From Octopus bimaculoides (Eukaryota): a DNA stretch of 39,435 nucleotides. Positions within the stretch are counted from its first letter, which is position 1; each line of letters starts with the position of its first letter. Shown here piece by piece: positions 22,022-33,746 of this stretch. The DNA lies in the NCBI RefSeq assembly GCF_001194135.2, contig NC_068994.1, positions 2,431,270 to 2,470,704 of the forward strand. The letters are read 5' to 3'. The translations under genes were made by a program, and so were the position numbers. Under the pieces are notes generated by a model. It saw only the letters and a program-made list of their open reading frames with translations, ran no database searches and had not been told where the DNA came from.

Positions 22022-22875
22022 TCATTTTGTGTTTGGTGCATTCTGCTGCATACACCAAATGGGAATCCTTACAGATCCTTCCTGTGAAAATCATAACATT
22101 TCTGTTATAATTTTTGATGGAATTAGTCTGACTCATGTTATTGCACAACAAACAGAGTTTACCTCTCTTATGGGAGTTTTTTGGGATGCAGTGTCCAGAA
22201 ACTCCAATGGAGTTTTTATTAGAGGTACTGGTTAATATTTCTATTACATCTAAAGTCTACAATAGGTGGAAGAGGAAATATTTGTTGGAAATATTTTCTG
22301 AAATATGTTGGTACTGTCATGTAACACTTTTGAAATGCCAGCGAAACTTCGGTGCTAGTTAATCACTAAAGGAATTCAGCCATAAGCTCTTTTCTGACTG
22401 CTCAAACTAGACATGAAAGTTTGATTATCACTACTAATTTCAGCTATGTCATTTGCGATTTCCTTTAATCTTGATTCACTATAACTGCACTTTACATAAC
22501 GGTGCACAAAACTACTTGCATGTTTCCAATAATCCCCAATGTCTGTGCAAATACATCTTATTCTCAAAAACTGGGACTTTCGATTTGATCTGATTGTATG
22601 ATGTGGATGATAAGATCAGTGGTAGAAATAAATATGGGATGACATAGGTTTGTAAAATTGTGCCTATTTGGCCTTCCGTAAACTTGACTTTTGTGTCCAA
22701 AATTTCGATGCTAGTTTTTGAAAAGCTCAACTTGAATTTTATTTTGGACTTAAATCCATAGTCTTCTGCGAAGCAGTCACAGAAATGTAAAAATTTGACT
22801 AAACTATCCTGTGTTCCTTTCCAGACAAAAAAGATGTTGTCATTGAACTGTAACCAGAGTATAGGTTACCCAACT
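22021..22875 (-). mobile_element. Penelope-like element remnant (RT C-half, linker, start of GIY-YIG)
   Basis: Minus strand: LWLQFNDNIFFVWKGTQDSLVKF (eroded W.RYIDDIF..W), KIKFKLSFSKTSIEILDTKV, RIRCICTD, LCLLC, CKDSHLVYAAECTKHKM (GIY-YIG N-terminus), truncated at the AAT repeat. Confidence 0.85.
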
Positions 22876-24831
22876 GAACATGGCATCAAGCACTGAACAG
22901 CAACAAAACCAAGGGAGATATGTAAAACACCCTGATATCATAAATGCATAGTTGCATCTAAGCATAAAAAAACATCACATTTTAGAGAAATTTACTATTT
23001 CATGATAAATTTTCATTTGAAGATGTGGTTCTTGCATCTAATGGTGTTTTTTCTTTAATTTTCATGTACAATTTATATTTGTTTTTAAAATAACAAAAGT
23101 ATATAAAAAAATAAATAAAAAGGAATAACAAACAGCGTTGATAAATAAATCTGTTTCTTTTGCAATTATGTAATATTATATATAATTAGATTTTAAATAA
23201 ATGAATGGAACGTTTCGATTCCATTTATTTTTCTAATTTTTTTAAGTGAAAATGAGGAATAAATTTTTACTACCATTTAGCTTATATCCTCTTCCATTAG
23301 AGAAATACCGAAGAAATAGGTCACAGGAAATTTCAGTCTTGGCCATAGCTATTCTATTTAAAAACCTAATTTGTTTTTTGATATCTTTAATTTGGATTTT
23401 AATTCATCTACAAAGTTCTGGATATGTAACATGAAATTGCTTGTGGTATAAATTTTGCTAGCTAAATTATTTTGTAAAATATATGTGTGTGTGTATATAT
23501 ATATATATATATAGCTGTTAAATAGAGGCTGGAATAGACTATTTATTTCCTCTATACACTCTAACTGAAGAACAGACAATGAAGAACAGCCAGTTTAACT
23601 GACTCATTCAGAAAACTACTCCTTGTGTATGAAGCTCATAGCGACCTAAAGTAGCAGACAAGCAATGAAATCTGATGAGAAAATATATTATAGCTAATGA
23701 TAAGAGACTTCAAATAATGAAAGTAAGTATTTAATGTTTTCACTAATTTTTAAGCACAAATTGTGTCTTGTGATTATTTTCATAACGAAAATTATCCATT
23801 TGTCTCATCCATTTTGAAGCCATATTGTTTCTGCAGCATAGTATACAAGAGAATTATTATCATAGTATTTCAATGTTTTTCACTCATCAAAAATTTTGAT
23901 TTCACTTTGGTATTTTTATGAATGATTTGTTTCTTTCATATTTGTAGTTTGGTGCCAAATTTTTTAGTATTGTTGAAAATCTAACAAATCAACATTCATC
24001 ATTCACAAAGCTAAATTTTATTTAACACTTATGATGCTGTTGAAATTATTTTCTTAAAATTCTTTTATATTAATGAATATCATAATAACATTATAACTAT
24101 AATTATTATGTAAAAGACATCACTTAATGGTAGGTTCTTTTAAATAAAGAGATATTTGAAACTAATCAATAATAAATTAAAGTATTGTTGATTTGAAAAT
24201 TTTTATTGAAAATTTTTAATAACATTAACGATGAAAAACCATCATAATGACAATGCAGCCACAAGGACAGACATTTTAACTCAAAATATTATTAACTCTC
24301 AGAAAATTAAGAATTAACAATTTAACAGTGATTAAAAGGAGAATAATAACATCTGTCGTACTTAATGAGGTTTAAATCTCATTTCAATGCCTGAAAGGTT
24401 TTCAAATAATTTTCCACATATATCTTGAATTTAAAACAAAATGTGTTCTTTTACTGAGACAAACACCATATTAAATCAAGATGGTGCTTATGCACAACTG
24501 TCTGTACTACTACTACTAAATACAACAAAGAATATAATCATATTTCAAGAACAGATTAACCAAGAAATTGCAATCATCAGTACATTATTGTATGTAAAAA
24601 TACAACTACAATATAATTTCTCTTTCATGTAAGTTTATAATTTTCAGAATGTTTTATCATGTGTTTCATGTTAGTGCAGATGTTTCCTGAAAAAGACATT
24701 TTGATTTTTAACATACATAATATCTGACAACAATACTCATTATCACATATTAAAGTCCAATCTTAGTCTTAACTATCTTTCATTTTGATAATGTCTCTCC
24801 TTACCCCTTTGTTTATTTTTAATGTTACGTT

Positions 24832-26376
24832 GTAGATTTGAAGTATCCTACAACTAGTTGGTATAAATACAATAGGTATTGGCAACAATGATCAATCAAA
24901 TGTTTGACTGTATTTTTAGTATTGATTTGGTTAGGGGTTAGCAAATGATAAGTTTGTTTATCAACTATACCTCAATCCAGGCTCTTTCAGTAGAAACAGT
25001 ATAAGCAATATACTGTGAAAAATATCAAATATTTGATATCTGGTATTGTTTTTGTTAGAGTGTAATGTTTAAGTGAAGTTGACTTGTTTTTCTTAATAAC
25101 AACATACCTTGTCTCATTAACATTCTTTAGTCAGAGTTTCAAATTTATTTCTAAAAAATCTGCTCATTTCTAACAGAAACATCCTCATCGTTTAACGTCC
25201 GCTTTCCATGCTAGCATGGGTTGGACGATTTGACTGAGGACTGGTGAAACCGGATGGCAACACCAGGCTCCAATCTAAATTTGGCAGAGTTTCTACAGCT
25301 GGATGCCCTTCCTAACATCTCAGATAATTTGATGTGGTAATTAAATGCTAGTTGATAATTAATTAAAATACTCTCATTTGTCAAAAATGCCTCCATAAGA
25401 TTATAAGAAATTTCATCATCCTCATTTAATGTCTGTTTTCCATGTTGCCATGGGTTGGACAGTTTGACAGGGGCTGGCTAGGCAGAAGACTGCACCAGGC
25501 TTTACTATCTGTTTTGGTAGGGTATTTATGGTTGGATGCCCTTCTTAACAACAATCACCATACAGAAATTACTTTTAAGGAATAATTATTTCCATTATTA
25601 AATCCCTTTTCTCAGACATTTATCTAGAGACTGCTCAATGCAATCTCTAGTAAATGCATTATTAAAATAAGAATAAATTACTGTGAATGAACATGATTAA
25701 ATTTACTGAGTTTCATGCAACAGCTATTATAGGTTCATTAGAACATGGAAAAATTAAATAAATTTTATAATCTCTCATTGAATTGTTAAACAGAAAGGTG
25801 ACAAGTGAAACATTAAAACCAAGGAAGATTAATGGTTGTCTATATCAGCCAGAAATTAATTGACTAAAGATTTTATTTTACTGAATTGTTAAACAAAATT
25901 GAATTATTCCTCAAATTTCCAATATTAAATAGCTTATAATCTTACAAATGGGGATATTTTTAACAAATGCAAATATTTTAATTAACTATCAACTAGCATT
26001 TAATTACCACATCAAATTATCTGAGATGTTTCTATTAGAAATGAGCAGATTTTTTAGAAATAAATTTGAAACTCCGACTAAAGAATGTTAATGAGACAAG
26101 GTGTGTTGTTATTAAGAAAAGCAAGTTAACTTAAGTTAAACATTACACTCTAACAAAAACAATACCAGATATCAAATATTTGATATTTTTCACAGTATAT
26201 TGCTTACACTGTTTCTACTGAAAGAGCCTGGATTGAGGTATAGTTGATAAACAAACTTATCATTTGCTAACCCCTAACCAAATCAATACTAAAAATATGG
26301 TCAAACATTTGATTGATCATTGTTGCCAATACCTATTGTATTTATACCAACTAGTTGTAGGATACTTCAAATCTAC
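24832..26376. repeat. Long inverted repeat: arms 24832-25407 and 25933-26376, 525-nt spacer
   Basis: 24832-25183 vs the reverse complement of 26025-26376 gives 10 mismatches in 352 nt by manual alignment. Homology resumes at 25320 after a 136-bp insertion in the left arm. Confidence 0.95.
25184..25319. mobile_element. SINE-like insertion in the left arm of the inverted repeat; older copy of the same family at about 25416-25560
   Basis: Absent from the right arm and flanked by direct AACATC (25178-25183 and 25314-25319). Shares tttccatg...catgggttggac...ggatgcccttc with the second copy. Confidence 0.8.
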
Positions 26377-27289
26377 TGACAACAAAAACATTGGCAAAAT
26401 AAATTTTGCCTAGCCTATGATTTAGGTAATTTTCAGTGATTCTGTTAGCATTTATGAAAGAAATCTAGAAAAAGCAGAAATACATGAGTTTTACAGAGTG
26501 AAAATTCATAAAACTGATGCTGAAGTGGATATTTTGAATTGGTAATATTGTAGGGATGGGAGCAGTGTCTTCCCTCAGATAGAATACAAGACTGTCTCTT
26601 GCAGTTTATATTTCCAAACGATTGACATCTGTTCCAAATATGGTTGAACTAAAGCAGATAGAATTAATTTTCAGTCTCAAAGGCATGCAAATAAAAAACG
26701 TAGTTGCAAAGGTGGTTGTTTACTTTCCTTTTTAAACTTTATTATGCAATTAATGTGTTGGACATTTGTACTTTGTTGTCAATCTTATGTCAGATACTCA
26801 TAAAACCTTGTTTCGAAATTTGGTCATCTCACCTTACATACTTTTCTTATGATATTTATGATAGAGGTATCATTTAAAAGTAAATAAAAGGAACTACACA
26901 AAGTAATGGCAGCAAATAATAATGATGGTAGATAAAAATAGTGAATAATATTATTATTTGCTTGTCAGGGCGTGAATCAGTGTTACGCTTTTAATAGCTT
27001 TAGTTACGTAACGAAATGACATGCACGAAATATTTGACAACATGAAACTAGTTCGTGTGTTACACTTTCAATAATCTTCGAAAAGGGAAAAAAATTTTAA
27101 GAGAATGAAAATCAAAATAAAAAGATAATTTTTTAAAGTGCGTAATAATTTCCAGTTGTCTAGGTAGTCTGTATAAATATATCTTTCACTCATCGATTAA
27201 CAGCTCATGTTTCGAAATATAATTGTTTTAGTATTCTACAGCTTTTTTCTTTTTCCATAATAAAACGTAATTCTCTAGTTCATCGCTAT

Positions 27290-27780
27290 ATTACTATTAA
27301 CGCAGAGAGAATAGGAGAAAGCGCACTAAACGGACACAGTAATAATTGTTTCACCAATAATCTGGCAGTTTTACTTCAACATAAATTTTATTTCACAAAA
27401 CATTGAAAGAAGCTTTCAGTTAGCAAAAAAAAAAAAAAAAGAAAATCAACTAAGTTTCGGTGTTTTTAGTTACAAATTTCGTCATATTTTACTAATATTC
27501 ATAAATCAGAGAAAATTTCTTTGATTCGTATTATTCCGTGGTAGAGTTAAATAGAATATTGTTTATTCGAAAACTTGTTTAAGATAAAGCAGACATTGAG
27601 GCGGGATAAAGCAACTGACAGACGATCCAGATTCAAAGGGAGATAACTTATTTCCTTCGTTTCAATCAACTTCGGCGGCAATTTGAAGAACGGGACATTT
27701 TAGGACTGAATTCTGTGGAAAAACTCAAACTCTATCCGAAAAAAATGGAGAAAAAGTGTTATGTTTTACCAAATATACAT
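27290..27780 (+). promoter_or_regulatory. Candidate promoter / first non-coding exon region of gene B
   Basis: Locally CpG-enriched relative to 23-26 kb. Initiator-like TCAGTT at 27416-27421, about 1 kb upstream of the ATG. Compositional evidence only. Confidence 0.35.
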
Positions 27781-28228
27781 ATGTATGTAATATTTTTATA
27801 TTACTAATATAATTTAATTCAGGTTTGAATTAGTTGAATAGTTAAAATAAATGTTATTGTTGTTTAACCCCGAGTCAACCCTGAATTCACCGACCCTCTG
27901 ATTAAAGGTATATTGTCGGTGAGCACCTCGCCTGTTTAGAGGTGTAAAGGGGTACATTGTGTTGTGCCCTTTCCTTATTTGAGATGTTAGGGAAGGATTC
28001 GATGACTGTTGGGCTGTTATTTTTACAATGGAAGACGACTACATGTGGGGTACCTCGTAATGGCCGGTGGGGAAGGTTTAGGTGGTTTTTACTAATTAAA
28101 GGTGCGATCCAATATGAATGTAAGACTTTTATTTATTTATGGAAACAAATTGGAGAATTTCATTTTTAAAATAAAAATTAGACGTTTAAAAGTCGATAAC
28201 AGTCCAAATATCTGATAAAATGCTCCAG

Positions 28229-28365
28229 GTAAGTTAGAATCAGTTTAAAATGATCGTGCCCCTTGTGATAACGATTAGTGTGTTGGATATTGCTGGAAAA
28301 TTAAATTATCATTGTTCAATGATATTTTTTCTTTTTACATTGATAATTGCTGTTTTTCTTTCCAG
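28229..28365 (+). other. Predicted 5'UTR intron of gene B (137 nt)
   Basis: Consensus donor CAG|gtaagt and acceptor tgtttttctttccag| ending 41 nt before the ATG. Confidence 0.75.
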
Positions 28366-28406
28366 GATCGTGGTCATTCGCAATCATTTGAACGATAACA
28401 TCTACA

Positions 28407-30822
28407 ATGACATTACTAATTGTGATGGTAATAATATCTTTCCTCCCGTCTGCGGCATGTATAGACATTACAGTTCGTTTAAAAGAAGAAAATAGTCCCA
28501 AAAGCTATGTGGGGGACATCACTGCTAACTCCCAAAAATGGCTCCTGGACAAAGAAGATCTCAGTCAGATTACATTTAATCAACTCCAACAAAAGGAGAC
28601 AAAATTATTCAATGTCACCCTGTCCGGGAAACTGTACACCGTTAGGACAGTGGATGCTGAGTCACTATGTAGATATAATACAGAATGTTATAAAACCGTG
28701 AAAGTTGCTGTTCACAAAGGAAAAAACTTCTTGAAAATCTTAAAAATTAAAGTAATTATAGAAGACATCAATGACCACCAACCTGAGTTTCCAGACAAAG
28801 AAATAACTTTGCACTTTGGAGAAGGAGATGGTAAAGGGATGAAAAAATCCATTCCAAATGCCATTGACAAAGATGTTGGAGTTTTAAATAGTGTAATTAA
28901 TTATCATTTAAAGAACAATGAGGAAATGTTTTCTTTGTTAGTTTCTAAAAGAGCTGATGGAATATCTCGACTAGAGATTGTCCTAGAAAGTAAATTAAAT
29001 AGAGAAGTGAAAGACATGTACAGTGTACAAGTTGAGGCTGAAGATGGAGGTTCCCCTTCTAAAAAGAGTGTATTAGATGTGAAAATATTAGTAGAAGATG
29101 AAAATGATAACTTACCAGTATTCTCTCAGAATATTTATAATGTTACTATAAAAAGTTATTTTCAAAATGATATACCTGTTGTCACTTTGTCAGCTACAGA
29201 TTCCGATATTGGCAATAATGGGAAAATAAATTATTATTTTAGTCCAAAAACGTCAGATCTTGATAGCAAATATTTTAGACTCGTTAAGAAAACTGGTGAG
29301 ATATTCTTGATTGATAAAATTGATGCTATCATTGACAATGAAGTTTATACATTGTACGTTGAAGCCAGAGATGGTGGCAACCCTCCTCTCAGTTCCATAG
29401 CCACTGTTATGGTAAATGTCATCAACCAGCAGAACAATCCTCCAAATATTGATGTGAACTTTATTTCTACACAGAATCACAACACAGCTACCATTCTGGA
29501 AGATATCAAAGTTGGTAGTTTCATTGCTTATGTGATGGTCACTGACAATGATGTTGGACACAATGGACAGGTGAACTGTCATATCAAAGACGACACATTC
29601 AAACTACAGTCAATGGGATCAAAGGAATATAAAATAGTTCTAAAGAAAGCAGTAGACAGAGAGACACAGGAACATTATCACTTTACTGTGTCGTGTGNNN
29701 NNNNNNNNNNNNNNNNNNNNNNNNNNNNNNNNNNNNNNNNNNNNNNNNNNNNNNNNNNNNNNNNNNNNNNNNNNNNNNNNNNNNNNNNNNNNNNNNNNNN
29801 NNNNNNNNNNNNNNNNNNNNNNNNNNNNNNNNNNNNNNNNNNNNNNNNNNNNNNNNNNNNNNNNNNNNNNNNNNNNNNNNNNNNNNNNNNNNNNNNNNNN
29901 NNNNNNNNNNNNNNNNNNNNNNNNNNNNNNNNNNNNNNNNNNNNNNNNNNNNNNNNNNNNNNNNNNNNNNNNNNNNNNNNNNNNNNNNNNNNNNNNNNNN
30001 NNNNNNNNNNNNNNNNNNNNNNNNNNNNNNNNNNNNNNNNNNNNNNNNNNNNNNNNNNNNNNNNNNNNNNNNNNNNNNNNNNNNNNNNNNNNNNNNNNNN
30101 NNNNNNNNNNNNNNNNNNNNNNNNNNNNNNNNNNNNNNNNNNNNNNNNNNNNNNNNNNNNNNNNNNNNNNNNNNNNNNNNNNNNNNNNNNNNNNNNNNNN
30201 NNNNNNNNNNNNNNNNNNNNNNNNNNNNNNNNNNNNNNNNNNNNNNNNNNNNNNNNNNNNNNNNNNNNNNNNNNNNNNNNNNNNNNNNNNNNNNNNNNNN
30301 NNNNNNNNNNNNNNNNNNNNNNNNNNNNNNNNNNNNNNNNNNNNNNNNNNNNNNNNNNNNNNNNNNNNNNNNNNNNNNNNNNNNNNNNNNNNNNNNNNNN
30401 NNNNNNNNNNNNNNNNNNNNNNNNNNNNNNNNNNNNNNNNNNNNNNNNNNNNNNNNNNGACGTCACCAATGTTCACAGCTGTGCACCTACCAAGTGATAA
30501 CACCATAGATGCCACATTGTTGATTATCATTGTAGTAGCAGCTGTGATAGTATCTATAGCTATTGTGGTTTCTATAACACTGTGTATTGTGAGATGTAAC
30601 AATGTGAGAAATAGCTCATCTGAAAGAACAGCAGAAGAGAAACAGGCATACCAATGTCGCAATGAGATGAGACAGTTGATCTATCAAGGTAACAACAGTG
30701 TACCTGTGATGTCAGGTAATCGAGGAGAGACATCAGACAGATATGGTCATTCGAGGAGCCATTACTATCCAGAAGATTGGAAGACATCGACAATGAACAG
30801 AAGTCTTCAGAAGTCTACAAAG
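28407..30822 (+). CDS. Pcdh: Protocadherin B, large coding exon; N-gap 29698-30458 covers the end of EC4, EC5 and EC6
   Basis: Signal peptide MTLLIVMVIISFLPSAA. CRYNTEC Cys-X5-Cys, DINDHQPEF, LNRE, DENDNLPVF. After the gap: TSPMFTAVHLPSDNTID, then TM ATLLIIIVVAAVIVSIAIVVSITLCIV. Phase-0 donor AAG|gtaagc at 30823. Confidence 0.95.
29698..30458. other. Assembly gap (761 N) inside gene B
   Basis: N run. Confidence 1.
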
Positions 30823-31506
30823 GTAAGCTTTACTTTAATTAACAATCTGTTAGTAAAGAATGTGTAATTAAGAATGATCTAGCTCAGTGCTTTATATTTG
30901 ACATTACGTTTCACTTGACCAATTTTACAGTATTGTTTTGCTTCATAATGTCCAAAATATATCTTATGTATCGTTAAGAAAATACCATTCCTGATATGGT
31001 GTGGAATACTTATTTATTTAATTTTTGTTTTGTGATTACTGCTGTCCGTTTGTTGTAAGATATTTTATGGCAGATGAATGTCTGAAAAGACATTTACCAG
31101 GATAATAAGAGATCTGTTTATACATTACAGTCTGGCATCTTTAATTTTTGTCAATAGTATTGCATCTGATTTTGTGGAATCATTTATAAAAGTATTGTTA
31201 ACAATTGTTTCTGACTTTAACTAACTTATACTGTATATAATTATTGAAGGAAACGAGGAAACATAATGAGGTAAATTCTGAAGGTTTTATTGTTTTGTCA
31301 GTGGAGAAATGTCAGTACTTGTGCCTTTTCCTACTGAAAGATTAAAAAATCTTAACAACAGGCTTAAAAAATTTGACTGATCAGAAATATAGAAAAAATT
31401 TTTTTATTACCACCAAAAACCTGTAAATTTTATTATTATTACATATTTTAGTGTCAATCATAAATGTTATGTTTAGGGTATGTCTTATTACTATTATATT
31501 TTACAG

Positions 31507-31660
31507 CAGAAATACAGTCAACCCATTGAGGTGACATCTTATGGAGACAACAGACCATCTTCTAACTATCCCACTGACACATTGACCAGTCGTAAGAGTA
31601 GTGGACAGTGCTGGAGTGAGCGGTCAAGTAGACAGTATGAAGAAATACCAGCAATGTCAG
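31507..31660 (+). CDS. Pcdh: Protocadherin B cytoplasmic exon 2 (QKYSQPIEVTSYGDNRPSSNYPTDTLTSRKSSGQCWSERSSRQYEEIPAMS-G)
   Basis: Acceptor ctattatattttacag| in phase 0, 51 open codons of Ser/Arg/Tyr-rich tail-like sequence, phase-1 donor CAG|gtaaaa. Confidence 0.85.
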
Positions 31661-31959
31661 GTAAAACAATCTCATTTATTCATATTTGTTATTAATTCTA
31701 TTCATAGTATTTACTTTAGAGATTAATCAACTCTAAATCTGTAATTTACTAATGCTTTAAGCAACACAAATCATCTTTATGACATGTTAAATGTTGCTTT
31801 TGTTATGTAGTCTTATCCACTATAGTTTCTACTTCTGTAAAAGACCTAGAAATATCTGGAGATTGGCTATATTAATATACAGTCAAAAGTGGCAATATTT
31901 TAGGGTTAACACTTGTGTGCTGAGGGTGCTGCTGTTCTCTATCTCCCAATGCAGGAATC

Positions 31960-32310
31960 AATATCTCATCAGACAGTAAAGCAATCCTGTAGGTGTTGCT
32001 GTCCCTTCCACTGCAACAACACGGCCTTGGTGTTGCAAGCAGAGTGGTTGGTGCCTTTCTCAATCATGCCCTGTACACAGTAATCCAAAGGAATTAGAAG
32101 ACCAAAAATTGGGGCTGGTGAACTCGTAGAAATTCTCAGACAACTATCTCTGACTCTTTCCAGAAGTATGGAAAGGAGCCCAATCCTGCCAACACACACA
32201 GGCTTTCCAGCAGCAACCCTCTCCAGCCAGGGTTTGACCACAGTCTTGAGCAGGTTCACATAACCATCTAAATTAAACCTAAGGCCCTGGCCATCAGTTG
32301 TTGGGAGAAT
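31960..32310 (-). mobile_element. mariner/maT-type transposase remnant in intron 2 of gene B
   Basis: GLRFNLDGYVNLLKTVVKPWL, frameshift, WQDWAPFHTSGKSQR*LSENF...FWSSNS..LDYCVQGMIE. Matches QQDSAP.H and the partly deleted WP..SPDLNPLDY motif. Confidence 0.85.
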
Positions 32311-33530
32311 ATCTGCTGTGTCCCTTCCTGCTGACCACGGCTACGTAGTCTCTATTGGAAGATAAGGAACAAGAGGATAGTGGCAGGAGTGACGGGGTGA
32401 TAAGAGGAAGTAAGAGAGGTGAAGGTGAAGGTCGAGTGAACTGGGTATAAATGGTTCAATTGGTCTTCGTTTACATTGGCTAAAAGATAAACCAAAAGTG
32501 TCAAATGATCAGAGTGGTGTCAAAGGAAATGGAAAACAGGTGGGTTCTGTGAATGGCACAAAGGAGTGTTTGGGGCAGAGTCAGAATAGGTGCAGTGATG
32601 TCTGTAGTTACAGTGGAAGCCATGTACAGCAAAGTGAAGGAATATACTGCTCTCCTCACTCACATTGAGAAGAGGAGTGAATGGTTGAAAGATGAGCCAT
32701 AGGCATGGGTGAAAGAGTGCAACGTATGGTGAAAAGAAGGTGAACAATAAAAGCATAGAGGGGAGAGTGCAATATGTGATGAACAGAAGAGGTGTACTGC
32801 TATCCTCAATCACACTGAGTGCATAGTATAGTAAGATTGGGAGATTGAGAAGAAGAGGAAGTGATTAAGAGATGAGCATTAGGGGCATGATGCAGGAAGC
32901 TAGAGACATAGAAGCAAGGGTGAAAGAGATATGGGTGACAGCAGACTGATGAGTTACAGAGAAGTGTAATGCAAGGGATGAGCATTTGAGTGACAAAGAG
33001 AGTGAGTAATATGGGATGAGAGACTATCAAAGAGACTTATCAGTAAGCAGACACAAATACACCTAGCATTGTTTTAGTGTGTTTTGCCATGCCTAGATAA
33101 GAAAGCAGATCTTCTCTCACACTGTGTGTAAACTAGTCACTGCAGGCCTTTGTCATCGTCTCTGTGGTGTGTAATAGATTCTGATCTGTCTTCACCATTT
33201 CACCTTTCTTGTATCTCTGTCTCTCTCATCCACAGGTTCCATTTCCTTTGGGAAAACATGCACATTTAGTTGTTCATCTTAATAAATATGTAATTGTAAT
33301 GTGGTTTCTAGTGTCTTTGCAACAAATGGAGCAGAACTGTATTAGGAAATGATATGGTGTGCATTTAATTGAAATCAGCTTCTTAGATAAGGACACTTAA
33401 AACTTGATTTTTATTTTATATTATAGCCCTGTCATTGTAGCAGACTAGGAATTGATTACTAATATCAGTAAATACCTATTTATTATGTAAACTATGTGAT
33501 GAATGTAGCTGATATATGTGTGTGTTTCAG

Positions 33531-33652
33531 GAATCTATGGTGGTGCCCCACCTGATGTATCAAGCACCATTGAGAGAGACCATTACCAAGACAGATATGT
33601 GAAACCTCCAGAGAGACAGTTACCTTCAACACCAGATGTTGTTGTCAGTTAA
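33531..33652 (+). CDS. Pcdh: Protocadherin B terminal exon 3 (GIYGGAPPDVSSTIERDHYQDRYVKPPERQLPSTPDVVVS*)
   Basis: Acceptor tgtgtgtttcag|, open in phase 1 for 39 full codons to TAA 33650-33652. GC-richer than its flanks. AATAAA at 33741. Confidence 0.8.
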
Positions 33653-33740
33653 GTGAGACTGAGAAGTTGACACAACAGAAATAATATCACCCTTCAACAT
33701 TCACACAACATTTAAAACAACAGAAATATATTAGTTAATT

Positions 33741-33746
33741 AATAAA
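33741..33746 (+). terminator. Candidate polyadenylation signal of gene B
   Basis: First AATAAA after the stop at 33652; more copies follow near 33993. Confidence 0.4.

Noticed and set aside
28250-28495. Hydrophobic 81-aa ORF overlapping the start of gene B
   Set aside because: The hydrophobic part is the T-rich pyrimidine tract of the predicted 5'UTR intron.
32340-33030. Purine-rich strand-asymmetric tract (similar at 6480-6830)
   Set aside because: Probably old LINE debris, but no diagnostic motif could be read and the ORFs are low-complexity.
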